Shown here piece after piece: positions 22,238 through 25,792 of a DNA stretch of 25,792 nt. This DNA comes from Chiloscyllium plagiosum (Eukaryota), in NCBI RefSeq assembly GCF_004010195.1, contig NC_057720.1, positions 22,133,635 through 22,159,426 on the forward strand. The letters are read 5' to 3'. The first letter of the stretch is position 1. Each line of letters opens with the position of its first letter. The notes beneath the pieces were generated by a model, which saw only the letters and a list, made by a program, of their open reading frames with translations, was not told where the DNA came from and ran no database searches. Both the position numbers and the translations under genes were made by a program.

Positions 22238-23675
22238 GATTTTATATCTGTGGAGTTCTCTAACCTGAGACTTAATTTCAATCTTTTCAAATAGGTTTCG
22301 TTATTATATTTTAACTTTTCCATTTATTTTATACGTATTTTCCACTCGGTAAAATCTAGTTGTTTAAAATATGTTTTCATTGAATGTGGACGTCATTGTG
22401 TATGCCAATATTCATTGCATATCCCTAATTGAACTGAACTCCAGGTATGAGGTGGGACTGACTTCTCTTGAAATCAAAGCAGCATTTAACCACATATGGC
22501 ATCAAATGGTCTTGGAGAGTCAATGAGAATCAGAAGGAAAAGTCTGTTGGCTGGAAATAGTTCCAGCTCAGAGGAAGATAGTTGTGATTGTTTAAGGTCA
22601 ATTTTTTCAGTCCTAGAATATCACTGGATGAAATCCTCAGGGTAGTGTCCTTGGCCCAACAATCTTTAGTCGCTTTGTTATTGACCGTCTCTCCATCATA
22701 AGATCAGCAGTGGGATACTCACGTTTGATTGTACAATGTTCAGCACCATTCGGGACTCCTCAGCTACTAAAGCAGTCCACGTTCAAATGAAATAAGACTT
22801 GAATAATATTCCAATACCCAGAGTTGGTCTGACAAGTGGCAATAACATTCATGCTACATAAGTGCCAGGCACTGACCATCTCCAACAAGAGAGAACCAAC
22901 CATTATTGTAAGTATCAACATCAATATCCCAGAGGTTACCACTGACCAAACGAGCCATTTAATCACCGTTGATACAACTGTAAGTCAGAGGTTAGGCATT
23001 CTACTGCAAGTATCTCCTGATCCCCAAAGCCAAGGCACAAGTGAGGAATATTCCCCATTTAACTGAATGAATGCAGTTCTAGCAACACTCAAGGAGCTCA
23101 TCACCACTGAGGGCAAAGCAGCCACTTGGTTAGCACTTGTCCACCACTTTTGACATTCACTTGCTTCAGCATTGACACAGTGTGGCATCGACAAGATGCA
23201 CTGCAGTAACTCACCAAAACCCCTTTGACAGCACCTTCCAAGCCTGTGACTATTATTACTTGGAAGGATGAGGACAAGGACAACAGCTGCTTGGAAACCT
23301 TGCCACTTGCAGATTTCCATTCAAGCCATATAGTATCTTAACTTGGAAAGTTATGACCATTTCTTCACTAATACTGAGTGAAAATCCTGGAACTCTCTCC
23401 CAAATAGCACTGTGGAGCGTACACCAAAAGGACTGCAGCAGTTCAGGAAGATGGCTCACCAAGCCTTCCCCACAACAATTAGGGCTATGCAATGAACATT
23501 GGCACATACAATCACGCCCACATTCAATGACGACATTTTTAAAACAACTAGATTTTACCGAGAGGAAAATACGCATAAAATAAATGAAAAAGTTAAGATA
23601 TAATAACGAAACCTCTTTAGAAAGATTGAAATTAAGTCTCAGGTTAGAGAAATCCAAATTACACAGATATAAATC
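22238..23675. repeat. ~195-bp inverted repeat pair (22238-22431 / 23476-23675)
   Basis: TTCTCTAACCTGAGACTTAATTTCAATCTTT vs AAAGATTGAAATTAAGTCTCAGGTTAGAGAA; CTCGGTAAAATCTAGTTGTTT vs AAACAACTAGATTTTACCGAG. Confidence 0.95.
22432..23530 (+). mobile_element. Second LINE family, RT domain to 3' tail, decayed
   Basis: Remnant RT motifs LEIKAAFNHIWHQ and PQGSVLGPTIFSRFVID; tail CAATTAGGG...GCAATGAA...GCCCACATTC. Confidence 0.85.
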
Positions 23676-23776
23676 AGCCAGAAAGATTCGCAGAAATAAT
23701 TATAAACTTGAGCACTGTTGAAAGAAAATCACACATTTTGTCAAGGATTGTGCCTCAAACTTAACGGGACAATTTG

Positions 23777-25345
23777 TAAGAATTATACAAACAGGAGTAA
23801 GCCATTCAGCCCCTCAAGTCTGTTCCACCATTCAATGAGATCATGGCTGGTCTGTGGCCTAACTCCACATGCTTGCCGTTATCCCTTAATACCTTTACTT
23901 AACAAAACATTATCTTTCTCAGATTTAAAATTAACAACTGATCTACCATCCACTGCCACTTGTGCGTAAAAGTGCTTCCTAACATCTTTTCTGAATGGTC
24001 TGGCCCCAATTTGCAAACTATGCCCTCGAGTCCTCAAATCCCTAACTACTGGAAACAGTTTATTTTTATCGATCTTGTCTTTTCCTGTTCATATATTGGA
24101 AACTTTAATCAGATCACCACTTAACCTTTTAAATTCCTTTAATGCCTAATTGGTATAATCTCTCCTCATAACTTAAATCCTGAATCCAAGGTATCATTCT
24201 TGTAAACTTACGTTGCACTCCCTCCAAGGCCAATATACTTCTGAAGATATGGTGCCCTGATCTGCTCAGAATGCTTCAAGTGGTATCTAAGCAGTCTTTA
24301 AATAACTGCAGCATTACTTCTGCATCATTGTACTCCAGTCCTCCAGATGTAAAGACCATCACTGCATTAGCCTACTTAATTATTTTCTGCATCTTTTCAT
24401 GGCATTTTTAAAATGTATGCACCGGAGCTCCTAAGTCTCTTTGATTTTAATGCATTTAACTTCATACCATCCAGACAGTACCTTGATCTATCTTTTCTTC
24501 AGTCCAAAATGGCTAATCTCACACTTGCTTTCATTGAACTCCACCTGCCACAGTTTTGCCCATTCATTTCCATATCCCTTCATAATTTTATTCTTTCAGC
24601 TACACTGTCTACAATTGACTAGGCCAGTGTCATCAGCAAATTTTGATATATGGCTTTTTGTTCCATTATCTAAATCATTAATAAATAATGTGAAGAACGG
24701 AGATGTTAACAGAAATCCTTTTGGGACACCAGAGGTCACATTCTGCTAATTTGATTAACTGCCCATTATCCCTATTTTCTGTCGCCTGCCACTTAACAAA
24801 TTCCTCAGCCCTGCCAGTAATTTTCCTCAATCCCATGGGCTTCTACTTTAGTTAACAGTCTCTAATATGGTACTTTGTCAAATGTCTTCTGGAAGTCCAG
24901 ATAAACAACATTTATAGACATTCCTGAAGAAGGGCTTATGCCTGAAACATCGATTCTCCTGCTCCTTGGATGCTGCCTGACCTGCTGCGCTTTTCCAGCA
25001 ACACATTTTTCAGCTCTAATCTCCAGCATCTGCAGTTCTCACTTATTCCCTGTCCATTACCTTAGTTATGACTACAAAAAAAGTAATTAGATATGTCAGG
25101 CATGATCTACCTGTCATTAAACTTTGCTGGCTCTCCCTGATTAACGGATTATTTTCAAGGTGTTCAGTTACTCCATTCTTGATTATAGACTAAAACAATT
25201 TCCCCACCACTAATGTGAGGATGACTGGTCTGCAATTCCTTGGTTTTCATCTTAGGTCATTAAAGAGCAGAGTAACGTGCAATTTTCAAACCCAGAGGGA
25301 TGACTCCTGTATCTAGGGAAGTCTGAAGAATTATAGATTGGGAAT
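23777..25345 (-). mobile_element. Long decayed CR1 LINE fragment, interrupted at ~24920-25044
   Basis: Tail GGAGTAAGCCATTCAGCCCCTCAAG; GTCATCAGCAAATTT reads KFADD on the minus strand and TTGGGACACC reads GVP. Confidence 0.9.
24920..25044 (+). mobile_element. Short PLE-derived insert beginning at a hammerhead motif
   Basis: ATTC-CTGAAGA-A-GGGC-TTAT-GCCT-GAAA-CA-TC-GATT then GATGCTGCCTGACCTGCTG...CCAGCATCTGCAG; only ATTCC is repeated at the ends (24920-24924, 25045-25049). Confidence 0.85.
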
Positions 25346-25350
25346 CTATA

Positions 25351-25596
25351 ATAGAACATAGAACATAGAACATAGAAGAATACAGCGCAGTACAGGCCCT
25401 TGGGCCCTCGATGTTGCGCCGATCCAAGCCCACCTAAACTACACTAACCCACTATCCTCCATATACCTATCCAATGCCCTCTTAAATGCCCATAAAGAGG
25501 GAGAGTCCACCACTGTTACTGGCAGGGCATTCCATGAACTAACGACTCGCTGAGTGAAGAACATACCCCTAACATCAGTCCTATATCTACCCCCCC
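25351..25596 (-). mobile_element. HER1/CR1 3' fragment with (AGAACAT)n tail
   Basis: ATAGAACATAGAACATAGAACATAGAA followed by sequence matching 7960-8190. Confidence 0.92.
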
Positions 25597-25610
25597 ATCT
25601 GTTTTTTTTT

Positions 25611-25729
25611 GTGCCAAAACGTGGCGAGCTGTCTCACAGACTCGTCAAGGAACAGCCTGACATAGTCATACTCACAGAGTAACCCCTTACAGATAATGGC
25701 CAGACACCACCATCACCATCCCTAGATAG
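25611..25729 (+). mobile_element. APE endonuclease N-terminal fragment of a LINE
   Basis: Translates VPKRGELSHRLVKEQPDIVILTE*...TTITIP; PDIVILTE is the conserved APE glutamate motif. Confidence 0.8.
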
Positions 25730-25732
25730 ACA

Positions 25733-25792
25733 GTGTGATGATGGAAAAGCACAACAGGTCAGGCAGCATCCAAGGAGCAGGAGAATCGACGT
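25733..25792 (-). mobile_element. PLE-derived insert cut by the window end
   Basis: GGAAAAGCACAACAGGTCAGGCAGCATCCAAGGAGCAGGAGAATCGACGT closely matches the reverse complement of 24947-24996 and ends inside the hammerhead. Confidence 0.85.

Noticed and set aside
1..25792. CRISPR array, operon or other prokaryotic system
   Set aside because: No regularly spaced repeats and no long ORFs; the content is vertebrate retroelement debris.

Overview
AT-rich, repeat-dense eukaryotic non-coding DNA (intergenic or intronic), almost certainly from an elasmobranch. It carries HE1-type tRNA-derived SINEs and HER1/CR1-type LINE fragments that share the same 3' tail. No host protein-coding gene can be supported; the ORF track is explained by decayed retroelement fragments or chance. 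Contents: many CR1/HER1 LINE pieces, a second LINE family (endonuclease, RT and tail pieces), a Rex1/Babar fragment, an RTE zinc-finger tail, a possible LTR, and two SINE families. Most notable is a set of about 9 short non-coding inserts resembling Penelope-like element (PLE) termini, several with a minimal hammerhead-ribozyme motif (CTGATGA-GGGC-TTTT-GCCC-GAAAC-GTC, intact at 17170-17197). Four have 13-14 bp target-site duplications (TSDs), several are internally inverted, and five break in the same short interval. There is also a ~195 bp inverted duplication of a LINE tail plus its flank (22238-22431 / 23476-23675). Boundaries of decayed repeats are approximate, and family names come from recalled motifs, not a database search.
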